Assembly (NCBI GenBank): GCA_964450495.1 | Contig: CAYVFU010000010.1 | Span: forward strand, 488 to 64,487 | Length of the DNA stretch: 64,000 nucleotides | Source of the DNA: an uncultured Saprospiraceae bacterium | GTDB taxonomy: Bacteria > Bacteroidota > Bacteroidia > Chitinophagales > Saprospiraceae | Direction of reading: 5' to 3' | Shown here: in pieces, positions 9,664 to 19,828 of the stretch | Numbering within the stretch: the stretch's first letter is position 1 | Layout: the number at the start of each line of letters is the position of its first letter | Notes under the pieces: model-generated | The model's database searches: none | The model's input: only the letters and a program-made list of their open reading frames with translations | What the model was told of the DNA's origin: nothing | Program-made: the position numbers and the translations under genes

Positions 9664-10879
9664 GGAAAAGGTTTGTATTGTAGGATTAGGATATATTGGC
9701 TTACCTACTTCTATCTTAATGGCCATTAATGGCTTAGAGGTCTTTGGGATGGATGTAAATAAGTCTGTTGTAGAACAAACAAATAGAGCTCAGCTTAGCA
9801 TTAACGAGCCTGGTTTGCAAGATCTTCTAACGGAAGCAATAGACAGCAAGCTACTGTCAGCTCACTCAGAAGTGCAAGCTGCTGATACCTATCTGATTGT
9901 TGTGCCTACTCCGTTTAAAAATAATAATGAACCAGATATCTCCTATGTTGAAAATGCTGCGGAGTCGCTTACACCATTGCTCAAAGAACACGATTTAGTA
10001 ATTATAGAATCGACTTGTCCTAAAGGAACCACAGAAAAAATTGCTGATAATATTTATGGAGTCAGACCTGAACTAAAAGGAAAATTAAATATAGCCTATT
10101 GCCCTGAGCGAGTGTTGCCAGGTAATATAATTCACGAACTTGTTCACAATGACAGGGTTATTGGTGGTATTGATGATAAATCTACAGCGAGAGCTATTGC
10201 GTTCTATAAGCAGTTTGTAAAAGGAGCCTTATATCCTACAAATGCACGTACAGCAGAAATGACAAAACTTGTAGAAAATGCATATCGCGATGTTCAGATA
10301 GCCTTCGCCAATGAACTTTCTATTATATGTGATAAAGCAGATATTAATGTGTGGGAACTCATCAGTTTAGCAAGTAAACATCCCCGTGTTAATATTCTAA
10401 ATCCAGGCTGCGGGGTAGGAGGGCACTGCATTGCAGTGGATCCATATTTCATAGTAGCAGAATATCCATTGGAGTCAAAAATTATTGGAAAAGCTAGAGA
10501 GATAAATAATTACAAAGCGATCTGGTGCACTAAAAAGATTGATGAAGCCATCACTAAATTCTATGATGATCATAACAGAAAACCGGTTGTTGGAATGATG
10601 GGTTTAGCATACAAACCCAACATTGATGACCTTCGGGAAAGTCCTGCATTATTCATAACTAGAGAGATATTGAAAAATTATGGAAGTGACCTTATAAAGA
10701 TTGTTGAACCTAATCTTTCAACATCAACTGAATTCGAACTTACAGATTACACAGAGGCTGCTGAGAAAGCAGATATTATTGTGTATTTAGTCTCACACAA
10801 TGAATTCAAAGACTTGGCTATAGGTGCATCTACACTTGTGTTAGACTTCTGTGGCATCACACAGTCGGTTAATCAATAA
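9656..10879 (+). CDS. wecC: UDP-N-acetyl-D-mannosamine dehydrogenase
   Basis: 407 aa with an N-terminal Rossmann motif VGLGYIGLP and the catalytic Cys context [11 protein letters not shown]. It overlaps the wecB stop by 8 nt. Confidence 0.9.
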   Translation: MSKEKVCIVGLGYIGLPTSILMAINGLEVFGMDVNKSVVEQTNRAQLSINEPGLQDLLTEAIDSKLLSAHSEVQAADTYLIVVPTPFKNNNEPDISYVENAAESLTPLLKEHDLVIIESTCPKGTTEKIADNIYGVRPELKGKLNIAYCPERVLPGNIIHELVHNDRVIGGIDDKSTARAIAFYKQFVKGALYPTNARTAEMTKLVENAYRDVQIAFANELSIICDKADINVWELISLASKHPRVNILNPGCGVGGHCIAVDPYFIVAEYPLESKIIGKAREINNYKAIWCTKKIDEAITKFYDDHNRKPVVGMMGLAYKPNIDDLRESPALFITREILKNYGSDLIKIVEPNLSTSTEFELTDYTEAAEKADIIVYLVSHNEFKDLAIGASTLVLDFCGITQSVNQ

Positions 10880-12128
10880 GGTTTGCTAAAGCTTTTGTTA
10901 AATTCCGACGAGTAAATTTTGCAGCATCAGATTGAATAATATCATTTGTGTTTACCCTATCAAAAAATGCAGACAATAGTTTGATATTTTCTTTAGCAGA
11001 ATTGGAATAAGACAGGATCAAATTATTTCCTTCATAAAGAGCATCTGCGACCTCAGCTCCCTCTGGAGCAAGACATATAATTGGTTTTCCAGTTGCTATA
11101 TATTCAAAGGTTTTGCCAGGAATGCATGCTTTGGCGTTTTCTGAATTATTTACTAACAGCAGTAAAATATTGGCTTCCTGATAATCAGCAATAACGTCAG
11201 GATGAGGCTTGAATCCTTCGAAGGTAAACCGTTTGGAAAGGCGAGGCATTTTTCTAATGCTGGGAACAACATTTCCAGAATCTACCCCGACTAAATGCAA
11301 TTGCAATGAATCGTATTTTGTTGACAGTGTGTCTAATGCTTCCCAAAGACTAGGCGCATCTCGTTCCGCATATAACATGCCAGCACTGTAGATCTTAAGT
11401 CCAGCAAGTAGAGAGTTGTTTGTAAAAGAATCAAAATCACTTTCATCAAACCCGTTGGTAATAACTTGCATTTTATCTAAATCAAAAGGCATCAATCTTT
11501 CATGCATGTATTTACTAGTCGTCAAAACGATATCACAACTATTCACTACGGCCTGTTCGAGTTGCTCATATTTTTTTCTATTTCCAGAGGTCACATAATA
11601 TTTGTCCATTAGATCTCCGAATTGCGACCACGGATCCCGAAAGTCAGCAATCCACTTAATCTTATGTTTTTTCTTTAATTCCAAACCTATGAGATGCATA
11701 CTGTGGGGAGGACCTGTTGTGATAACAGTGTTTATTTGATCTTCTTGTAATAGCTTATCTAGGTATTTAACCGCTGGCTTGACCCAAGATATTTTAGGAT
11801 CTGGAATAAACACATTGCCTCTTATCCATGATTTAAATTTAGAAAGATAGCTGTCGTTTTGAGCAGATTGTACTGGGTTATTGCCTTTACCTTGTCCATG
11901 AGAGATTAAACCGTATGCTTCTTTAATTGGTAATTTATGTACTATCGTATCCTCATGTATTTCAGAAATTAGACTTTGATCGCGCAGAGGGTAACTTGGA
12001 TTTTCAGGTGTGAAAATTATAGGCTTTATGGCAAACTCAGGTAAGTATTTAGCAAATTTAAGCCAACGCTGAACACCAGATCCTGAAGTAGGTGGCCAAT
12101 AATATGTGATAATAAGTACTTTCTTCAA
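10869..12128 (-). CDS. glycosyltransferase (GT4-like)
   Basis: 419 aa with N-terminus MKKVLIITYYWPPTSGSGVQRW and a GT-B fold pattern. It overlaps the wecC 3' end convergently by 11 nt. Confidence 0.8.
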   Translation of the reverse strand: MKKVLIITYYWPPTSGSGVQRWLKFAKYLPEFAIKPIIFTPENPSYPLRDQSLISEIHEDTIVHKLPIKEAYGLISHGQGKGNNPVQSAQNDSYLSKFKSWIRGNVFIPDPKISWVKPAVKYLDKLLQEDQINTVITTGPPHSMHLIGLELKKKHKIKWIADFRDPWSQFGDLMDKYYVTSGNRKKYEQLEQAVVNSCDIVLTTSKYMHERLMPFDLDKMQVITNGFDESDFDSFTNNSLLAGLKIYSAGMLYAERDAPSLWEALDTLSTKYDSLQLHLVGVDSGNVVPSIRKMPRLSKRFTFEGFKPHPDVIADYQEANILLLLVNNSENAKACIPGKTFEYIATGKPIICLAPEGAEVADALYEGNNLILSYSNSAKENIKLLSAFFDRVNTNDIIQSDAAKFTRRNLTKALANLID

Positions 12129-12137
12129 GATTGATTT

Positions 12138-14897
12138 TTACTGTCTGTCGCTGAATTCATACCCACTTCTAATTCCTTTTTCAATTGCTGGAATTCCACT
12201 TTTCATCCAATCAGGCATAGGTGCATCCTTTAAGTAATGATCAAAATACTGTTGCATTCTGATATTGAAATCCAGCCTGTTTTGCCATTTTAATGGCCAG
12301 TGAGGCTCTCCATTATAATTTAACAACCAAGATGGCTTTTGAAGTCTGCGTAAAGCCATAAAAAACTCAATGCCTAAGTGCCAAGGGACATGTCCATCAG
12401 CATCATTGTGCATAATAAGTACTGGAGTATTTATCTTATCTGCATTAAATAGAGGAGAATTTTTGATGTATAGTTCTGGTGATTCCCACAAGGTGGCACC
12501 TAGTCTGCTTTGTGTCTTTTCGTATTGAAATTGGCGACTTCTTCCCGTTCCCCAACGAATGCCACCATAAGCACTTATCATATTTACTAATGGCGCTCCT
12601 GATTCTGCACAAGCAAATATGTCTGTTTTTGTAACAAGATGTGCGACTTGGTATCCACCCCAACTATGGCCTTGGACACCTATTTTATTTTTATCAATAA
12701 AGCCTTCGGCTATGAGTGCTGAAATTCCAGAAATAACAGAGTTGTAACAACTCTCACCTGGTTCTCCGACAGTATATGGTACATCTGGATTAAAAATAAT
12801 ATAGCCTCTATTGGAATAAAAGCTATAATTTATTGTTGACCGACCAGCTGATGGAGGCTTGTGGCGATGCAAACCATTTGTACTGCGCTCATAAAAATTA
12901 ACCAACAAAGGATATTTTTTTTCTGGATCAAATCCTGGAGGGAGTACTAAAATCCCATCTAATTTTTGCCCATCGAAGGCAGTCCAACTGAAAATTTCAT
13001 TATCACCCCAAGCATAGTCTTCCTGTTGAGGATTTGCATTCGTAATTTGTTGCTGCTTAGTAAAACTTAAATTATCCAATAACAAATTAGGGAAAGTTTT
13101 AAAGGACTGTTTTGTGTAAATAATATTGTCATTTTTTTCTGCTTTAATGACGTTTGTTGTAAATTGACAATCAGCTTTAATTTTTTGCTCAACTTTTCTG
13201 TTTTGATAATCATATATACCATACCCACTAGATTTATCTTTTTCATCAAAGATTTTTAATAATAGCGATTCGTCTAGATTTATAAAATGTTCTTCTTCAT
13301 CTAATTGAATGTAGGTGTATTTGGTTTTATATTCTCTTCCTTGGGTAAGTCTTTGTGGCTTGATAATGTTATTGGGATCTATTAACCACAAATCATATCG
13401 ATCATTGACGATAACAAATTTTTCATCTGTTGTCCATCCTTCAATACCATATGGTCTAGGGTCGGAAGGAGCGTCATGCAATTCATCATAAAATGTACTT
13501 ATAGAGTCATCAGCAAATGTTACAGTCGTATTATTAGCAGTGTTGTGAGCTACCCATGTGGCATCTTTTCTATCGTACCAAAATATGTAGTTACCTGCTG
13601 GAGAGATTGAAGGTCTAGCATGAATAGCTTCCGCAATTTTTATTTTTTCTCCAGTCTGTATGTTGACTTTATATACATCGTTTTCTGCATATCCCTGCCA
13701 AGTCTCATGAGTCTTATAAGGAGTGTCTGTATAAATTAGTGCAAATTCTGCTTCTCTTTTTAGATCCATTCTCAACGAAGGAAATGATTCATCCTGAAGT
13801 AGGTGAACAGCGTTTGATTGTGTGAAATAAACGGCGTCATATGATTTTATTTCATCGTCTTCTTGATCCAACTCTTGTTGTGTGTACAGTTTAGCTTCTT
13901 TATAATGCCAAATTTCTACATTGACTATTTCTTCATCAAGTTTAGATGTGTCTTGAAGTAGTCGTTGTGGTGTAACGCCAAAAAATAATCGTGTTCCGTC
14001 ATCAGAAAAGCTAGGCTTTTTTTCATGACTTAAATCCCACTTTTTTGGCAGGGAAGGGGAGTCACTGTTTATTATCTCTGTAACTGTGTCACTATTTTTT
14101 TTCCAATGATATAGTTGATATGGTCTATACAGGACATCAGTTGTGTCAGTATCAAGAATAAATGCTGCTTGTGTTCCATTTTTATTAATGGCTAGTTGAT
14201 ATATTTTACTGTCAACAATAAATGTGGAATCAATACCATTCTCATTTTTTATAAATATACCGCCAGTAGAAATGCTGTCTGATTTTACTGAATAAATTAG
14301 TGACGAATTTTCATCAGCGAAAGTAAATTGAATCACATTGTGTAATGTGTCTAAGATGTCACTATCTGGTTGGTAATAAATAATTTTTTCATCCTTTTGT
14401 TTTTTATTGTTTCCTTTTTTTGAATTGTCTTTGCCTTTTATTTTTGCCGCTATAGTGCCTCCATATTCTTTAGGTATTTTATAGCTGCTGATATTTGGAA
14501 AGACCGTTTCACTTCGAGTTATCAAATTGTACACAATAAGCGTATCAGAGGGCATGTCTTCTTTTTTTGTTTTAAGTCGTTTTTGTTCTTTGACGAATTC
14601 CTTAGCTGGAGTTCGTAAAAAATAGACATACTGCCCTGATTTATCAAAAGTGGGATCTTCTGCGCGCTCCATCCGTATCTCCTTTTTTGATTTTGAGTTG
14701 TACACTACCAAAATCTTGTCTCCGTAACCTGGCACTAGCTGATATAAAATCCATTCACCGTTTGGTGTTATCTGCGTATCGGTTATTCTATTCCAATCGA
14801 AATAGACGGATTCATCCATGATTTTATTTCCTTGGCCGAAAAGGCTAATTGAGAAAAACAGACTAAATATATATATGACGTGATTAGTGTACTTCAT
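12138..14897 (-). CDS. S9 family serine peptidase (prolyl oligopeptidase/DPP-like) with N-terminal propeller
   Basis: 919 aa with a signal peptide, the nucleophile elbow GHSWGGY, and later DADGHV and GEPHWP (Asp/His candidates). Confidence 0.88.
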   Translation of the reverse strand: MKYTNHVIYIFSLFFSISLFGQGNKIMDESVYFDWNRITDTQITPNGEWILYQLVPGYGDKILVVYNSKSKKEIRMERAEDPTFDKSGQYVYFLRTPAKEFVKEQKRLKTKKEDMPSDTLIVYNLITRSETVFPNISSYKIPKEYGGTIAAKIKGKDNSKKGNNKKQKDEKIIYYQPDSDILDTLHNVIQFTFADENSSLIYSVKSDSISTGGIFIKNENGIDSTFIVDSKIYQLAINKNGTQAAFILDTDTTDVLYRPYQLYHWKKNSDTVTEIINSDSPSLPKKWDLSHEKKPSFSDDGTRLFFGVTPQRLLQDTSKLDEEIVNVEIWHYKEAKLYTQQELDQEDDEIKSYDAVYFTQSNAVHLLQDESFPSLRMDLKREAEFALIYTDTPYKTHETWQGYAENDVYKVNIQTGEKIKIAEAIHARPSISPAGNYIFWYDRKDATWVAHNTANNTTVTFADDSISTFYDELHDAPSDPRPYGIEGWTTDEKFVIVNDRYDLWLIDPNNIIKPQRLTQGREYKTKYTYIQLDEEEHFINLDESLLLKIFDEKDKSSGYGIYDYQNRKVEQKIKADCQFTTNVIKAEKNDNIIYTKQSFKTFPNLLLDNLSFTKQQQITNANPQQEDYAWGDNEIFSWTAFDGQKLDGILVLPPGFDPEKKYPLLVNFYERSTNGLHRHKPPSAGRSTINYSFYSNRGYIIFNPDVPYTVGEPGESCYNSVISGISALIAEGFIDKNKIGVQGHSWGGYQVAHLVTKTDIFACAESGAPLVNMISAYGGIRWGTGRSRQFQYEKTQSRLGATLWESPELYIKNSPLFNADKINTPVLIMHNDADGHVPWHLGIEFFMALRRLQKPSWLLNYNGEPHWPLKWQNRLDFNIRMQQYFDHYLKDAPMPDWMKSGIPAIEKGIRSGYEFSDRQ

Positions 14898-14931
14898 TGC
14901 GAATGATTTGAATTATAACTTCAGGTAGTTT

Positions 14932-15414
14932 TCAATGGTTGAAATTAGTTTTTAATTTCTTGTTTACCAACAATACATATTCGTACAAGTAGTCTTCCAG
15001 CAGTAAGGTAATGTCTTATTGAAGGATAAAACAATAGTAAAACTTCTTTAACCTTAAACCAAGTCCATAAAATCATGCGTAGTGGGAATAGTTGAATCAA
15101 ACCTGAGAACCTTAAAATCCAATGGATCATGACCCAATGTCATTTAGTTAAGAAATAAATCTTTTTTTAAAAGCTTCGGAGATTCGAAATATATATAGTC
15201 CCGCGGCGACAATGCCGTGGGATTAATTATATTAGAACGAAAACGCCATTGACACGCGTTTTTTATCAAAAACCGTGACAATGGTTTTAATTTATTGTCC
15301 ATCAGTTTATAATCTAACCTAATAAATATTTTGTCATCATTTTGTGTCAAAAATACCCAACCAAAGGTTGACAGGCGCCAAAAGGTCTATCATAAATCCC
15401 CAGCCTATTTTCAT
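14932..15414 (-). pseudogene. possible decayed gene remnant (frame switches and in-frame stops)
   Basis: Protein-like segments sit in three minus-strand frames. MKIGWGFMIDLLAPVNLWLGIF shifts at a T5 run into TQNDDKIFIRLDYKL...LFLN. A stop follows, then MTLGHDPLDFKVLRFDSTIPTTHDFMDL, a shift to GLRLKKFYYCFILQ, a stop, and DITLLLEDYLYEYVLLVNKKLKTNFNH. No family was recognised. Confidence 0.3.
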
Positions 15415-15511
15415 TAGTATTGTTTAATTGCTAGTAGTATTATTTTAAAAAAAAAATAATACAGGCATTTTGAAATTTTATTCTAATTTGTTTAAAGTTA
15501 TGCTTCTTTAT

Positions 15512-16600
15512 TTACACAAATGGAAGCTTAACTATTGTAGCAGATAATTGCTTTTTTCTAATCTGAATAAGAATATCCGTCCCCTTTTTGGCATGTTCAC
15601 GCTTTACATATCCCAATCCAATCCCTTGGTCAAGGCTTGGTGAGTGTCCACCCGAGGTAACTGTCCCTATAGGCCCACCTGTAGAATCTAGAATTTTATA
15701 GTCCTTCCTTGGAATGCCTTTGTCTACCATTTTGAAAGCGACAAGACGATCTGCTGTTTTATTCTCTTTATCGGCAAGAATTCCGTCTTTATTGATAAAG
15801 TCTTTATTGAATTTTGTCACCCATGATAGGCCTGCAGCAATTGGGGAGGTATGGTCATTAATATCATTGCCATACAGGCAATAGCCTTTTTCTAGTCTTA
15901 AAGTATCTCTTGCGCCCAAACCAATTGGCTGTATTCCAAATGATTTGCCTGCTTCCATCACAGCATTCCACAAAGACTCTGCGTGTGTATTGGGGACATA
16001 CAATTCGAATCCCCCTGAACCTGTGTAACCTGTCGCTGAAATAATTACATTTGATATGCCGGCGATTTCGCCTAGACTAAAGTGATAAAATTTAATTTCA
16101 GATAAGTCAATTGTTGTGAGGCTTTGTAAAGCTTCAGTTGCTTTTGGACCTTGTACCGCAAAAAGCGAAAAGAGTTCAGAATAGTCTTCAAGGGTAGCAC
16201 CAAATGTATTGTGCTTCTTAATCCAATTAAAATCCTTTTCAATATTTGAGGCATTAACAACAAGCATGTACTTGTCTACATCAAATTTATAAACCAATAA
16301 GTCATCAACTATTCCCCCTTGATCGTTGGGTAGATAACTGTATTGTGCTTGTCCTGCTTTTAATGATGCCGCATCATTGGCACTTACTTTCTGTATCAGT
16401 TCAAGAGACCCTGGTCCAACTACTTTAAATTCACCCATGTGGGATACATCAAACATTCCCACACCATTTCTGACGCATAAATGTTCTTCAATCAAGGAAC
16501 CATATTTAAGTGGCATTTCATAACCAGCAAATTCGACCATTTTTGCACCTAGTGTACGATGCAAATTATCTAATTGAATTTTCTTCAAAGTTTGGTTCAT
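15512..16600 (-). CDS. gcvT: glycine cleavage system aminomethyltransferase T
   Basis: 362 aa with FAGYEMPLKYGS, FDVSHMGEF and TGYTGSGGFE. Confidence 0.95.
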   Translation of the reverse strand: MNQTLKKIQLDNLHRTLGAKMVEFAGYEMPLKYGSLIEEHLCVRNGVGMFDVSHMGEFKVVGPGSLELIQKVSANDAASLKAGQAQYSYLPNDQGGIVDDLLVYKFDVDKYMLVVNASNIEKDFNWIKKHNTFGATLEDYSELFSLFAVQGPKATEALQSLTTIDLSEIKFYHFSLGEIAGISNVIISATGYTGSGGFELYVPNTHAESLWNAVMEAGKSFGIQPIGLGARDTLRLEKGYCLYGNDINDHTSPIAAGLSWVTKFNKDFINKDGILADKENKTADRLVAFKMVDKGIPRKDYKILDSTGGPIGTVTSGGHSPSLDQGIGLGYVKREHAKKGTDILIQIRKKQLSATIVKLPFV

Positions 16601-16611
16601 GAATATTTTAT

Positions 16612-18612
16612 TTAATAGCTCAAGAGTTTTTTTAACGTTACTTCAAGTCTCGAATTTGCTAAATACTGAGCCTCTAGATTTTTTGCAAAAGGAAATGGTG
16701 TATCTAAACTTGCAACTCTCATAATTGGAGCATCGAGATGTTCGAATAGGTGCTCAGAAATATATGCAGACAACTCCGCTCCTATACCTCCGATCAGCGT
16801 ATCCTCATGTAGGAGCAAAACTTTATTTGTCTGTTTTACAACGTCATCAATAGCATTGTAATCGAGTGGTGATAACGATCTCAAATCTAGAATGGCAATG
16901 TCTAGATTTTTTTCTTGTTGTATGTCCATTGCCCATTTGACACCTAGTCCATATGTTATAATCACCGCTTGATTGCCTTCTTTCACAACAGCAGCTTTGC
17001 CTATTTCTTCTGTATAGTAGTCCACAGGTATTTCTGCAGTCATGCTACGATATAGCGCTTTGTGTTCGAAGTACAATACTGGATTAGGATCTTCAATTGC
17101 TGCCAGTAATAGCGCTTTGGCATCCTGAGGATTAGACGGATAAACTATTTTCAAACCTGGTGTTTTGAAAAACCACGCTTCATTTGTTTGTGAGTGAAAT
17201 GGTCCAGCACCAACTCCGCCGCCGCAAGGCATCCTTATGACTAAGTCTGCTGTAGCACCCCAACGATAGTGAATTTTTGCAAGGTTATTAACAATCTGAT
17301 TGAAGCCGCATGTGACAAAATCTGCAAATTGCATTTCTATAACAGACTTTATCCCTTTTAAACTCAAGCCAAGCCCGATTCCAATGATTGCACTTTCACA
17401 TAACGGTGTATTTCTAATTCTTGCTTCTCCGTATTTTTCTAAAAAGCCATTGGTTATCTTAAATACTCCACCATAATCAGCAATGTCTTGCCCCATTAAA
17501 ACAAGATCTTCATGACGTTGCATGGCTAAATCAAGACCATCAGTTATTGCTTCTATAAATCGACTATTTTTTGTTTCTGAACCAGTTGGTAAAGTAACAG
17601 TGTGAGTAGAAGGACTGTAGAGATCTGCCAACTCATTATTTAAGTCCGCTTGGACATCGTCTTCTTTGGATACCTCTTCCAAGGCTTGGTTAATTTGAGT
17701 TTTAATCTCTTCAGCCCAAGTGTCAATTTCTGACTCACTAATGATGTTTTCAGTCAACAACCATTGTTCAAAATTGACTTTAGGATCTCGTTCAATCCAA
17801 TAATCTAGTAGCTCTTTTGGTACATACTTTACGCCACTTGCTTCTTCATGGCCTCTTTGTCTAAAGGTCATGCATTCTACTAAGACTGGCTCTGGATTTT
17901 TTCTTAGTTCTGCTGCTAAAGATGAAATTGTTTCAAAGACTTCAATGATGTTATTGCCATCAATGCTGATTGATCTCATGCCATAACCAATACCTTTATC
18001 TGCAATATTTACGCATTTAAATTGCTGGTTAATTGGTGTTGATAACCCGTAGCCATTATTTTCTACCAGAAAGATAACTGGTAATTGCCAGACTGCCGCT
18101 ACATTTAAGGCTTCGTGAAATTCACCTTCGCTGGTGCCTCCCTCTCCTGTAAATGCTAGACTGATGCGGTTTTCGTTTTTAAGTTTATGGGCAAGAGCTA
18201 CACCTGCAGAAAGGGATAGCTGTGGTCCTAGGTGTGAAATCATACCGACAATATGATGTTCTAAGCTGCCAAAATGAAAGGAACGATCTCTGCCTTTTGT
18301 AAAGCCAGACTCTTTGCCTTGCCATTGGGCAAACAACCTAGTGAGTGGTACTTGTCGTGTCGTAAACACACCTAAGTTTCTGTGCATTGGAAAGATGATC
18401 TCATCATCAAGTAATGCAAGTGTAGCACCAACTGATATTGCTTCTTGACCGATGCCAGAAAACCATTTGCTGATTTTGCCTTGTCTTAAGAGTTTAAGCA
18501 TTTTCTCCTCAATCATCCTTGGAAGAAGCATGCCTTTATATAATGCAATTAAGGTTTGATCCTCCAGTTTTTCTCGCTCAAAAGGGATGACAGAAGACAA
18601 TGCAGTAGCCAT
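16612..18612 (-). CDS. 2-oxoacid dehydrogenase E1 component, fused alpha/beta subunits (TPP-dependent)
   Basis: 666 aa. The N-terminal half is alpha-like (GEGGTSEGEFHEALNVAAVWQLPVIFLVENNGYG). The C-terminal half is beta/transketolase-like (RIRNTPLCESAIIGIGLGLS, PNPVLYFEHKALY). Confidence 0.9.
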   Translation of the reverse strand: MATALSSVIPFEREKLEDQTLIALYKGMLLPRMIEEKMLKLLRQGKISKWFSGIGQEAISVGATLALLDDEIIFPMHRNLGVFTTRQVPLTRLFAQWQGKESGFTKGRDRSFHFGSLEHHIVGMISHLGPQLSLSAGVALAHKLKNENRISLAFTGEGGTSEGEFHEALNVAAVWQLPVIFLVENNGYGLSTPINQQFKCVNIADKGIGYGMRSISIDGNNIIEVFETISSLAAELRKNPEPVLVECMTFRQRGHEEASGVKYVPKELLDYWIERDPKVNFEQWLLTENIISESEIDTWAEEIKTQINQALEEVSKEDDVQADLNNELADLYSPSTHTVTLPTGSETKNSRFIEAITDGLDLAMQRHEDLVLMGQDIADYGGVFKITNGFLEKYGEARIRNTPLCESAIIGIGLGLSLKGIKSVIEMQFADFVTCGFNQIVNNLAKIHYRWGATADLVIRMPCGGGVGAGPFHSQTNEAWFFKTPGLKIVYPSNPQDAKALLLAAIEDPNPVLYFEHKALYRSMTAEIPVDYYTEEIGKAAVVKEGNQAVIITYGLGVKWAMDIQQEKNLDIAILDLRSLSPLDYNAIDDVVKQTNKVLLLHEDTLIGGIGAELSAYISEHLFEHLDAPIMRVASLDTPFPFAKNLEAQYLANSRLEVTLKKLLSY

Positions 18613-19817
18613 TATTTGAAGGCGTTTAATCCTGTGACATCCATGCCTGTAATGAGTAAGTGGATGTCATGAGTTCCCTCATAAGTTAGCACAGTCTCGA
18701 GATTCATCAAATGTCTCATCATTGGATACTCGTTGGTAATTCCCATGCCCCCATGAATCTGTCTAGCTTCTCTTGCAATTTGAAGGGCCATCCAGACATT
18801 GTTTCTTTTTGCCATTGATATCTGAGCTGGAGTTGCTTTGCCATCATTAGCAAGGGTGCCAAGTCTCCATGATAAAAGTTGGGCTTTAGTAATTTCCGTA
18901 ATCATTTCGGCCAATTTCTTTTGGGTCAATTGAAACTGTCCTAGAGGTTTGCCAAACTGTGATCTTTCTTTAGAATACCGGAGTGCGGCATCATAGCAGT
19001 CCATCGCAGCTCCTATTGCTCCCCAAGAAATGCCATACCTTGCTTTTGACAAACAAGACAAAGGACCTTTTAATCCTTGAACTTTTGGAAGCACATTTTC
19101 TTTTGGTATGCGGACATTTTCAAAAACTAATTCTCCAGTGATCGAGGCCCTTAGTGACCATTTACCTTTGATTTCAGGTGCTGAAAATCCAGGCATATCT
19201 TTTTCTACAATAACCCCTCGGACGATGCCATCTTCATCTTTTGCCCATACTACAGCTATGTCTGCAACGGGTGAATTTGTAATCCACATCTTAGCTCCAT
19301 TTAGAATATATGCATCACCGTCATCCTTGAGATTAGTAATCATACTTCCAGGATCAGAGCCAGAGTTTGGCTCAGTCAAACCAAAGCAACCAATAAGATT
19401 TGCCTTTGCCAATTCGGGCAGGTATTTTCTTTTTTGCTCTTCTGAACCAAATCTATAAATAGGATACATGACCAATGATCCTTGGACAGATGCCATTGAG
19501 CGTATTCCGCTATCCCCTCGTTCTAATTCTTGCATGATGATTCCATAAGCAATCTCATCCATTCCACCACAGCCATATTCTTCTGGTAGGCTTGGTCCTA
19601 AAGCACCTAGCTCTGCCATTTCTTTAAAGAGGTGCAATGGACATTTTCCTTCTTCCGAATAGGATTCGATTATTGGAGTAACTGATTTTTTTACCCAGTC
19701 TCTGACAGCTGAACGAACAAGCAAATGTTCTTCAGATAAAAGATCATCAAGGGCATAATAATCAGGAGCCTCATATCGATCGGTCTTTACTTGTTTTTTA
19801 TGTTCTGTTGCCAGCAT
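18612..19817 (-). CDS. acyl-CoA dehydrogenase, glutaryl-CoA dehydrogenase-like
   Basis: 401 aa with GCFGLTEPNSGSDPGSM, WITNSPVADIAVVWA and THDIHLLITG. Its stop and the downstream E1 gene's start overlap by 1 nt. Confidence 0.88.
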   Translation of the reverse strand: MLATEHKKQVKTDRYEAPDYYALDDLLSEEHLLVRSAVRDWVKKSVTPIIESYSEEGKCPLHLFKEMAELGALGPSLPEEYGCGGMDEIAYGIIMQELERGDSGIRSMASVQGSLVMYPIYRFGSEEQKRKYLPELAKANLIGCFGLTEPNSGSDPGSMITNLKDDGDAYILNGAKMWITNSPVADIAVVWAKDEDGIVRGVIVEKDMPGFSAPEIKGKWSLRASITGELVFENVRIPKENVLPKVQGLKGPLSCLSKARYGISWGAIGAAMDCYDAALRYSKERSQFGKPLGQFQLTQKKLAEMITEITKAQLLSWRLGTLANDGKATPAQISMAKRNNVWMALQIAREARQIHGGMGITNEYPMMRHLMNLETVLTYEGTHDIHLLITGMDVTGLNAFK

Positions 19818-19828
19818 ATTGATATTAT

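Noticed and set aside
15447-15456. A10 homopolymer as a phase-variation switch
   Set aside because: It lies in a spacer next to a probable pseudogene. No intact gene start or promoter spacing depends on it.
16601-16611. Glycine riboswitch upstream of gcvT
   Set aside because: Only 11 nt separate gcvT from the preceding E1 gene, so there is no room for a leader. gcvT is co-transcribed.
19108-19458. 116-aa plus-strand ORF
   Set aside because: It is antisense to the glutaryl-CoA-dehydrogenase-like gene and is Ser/Pro-rich noise.
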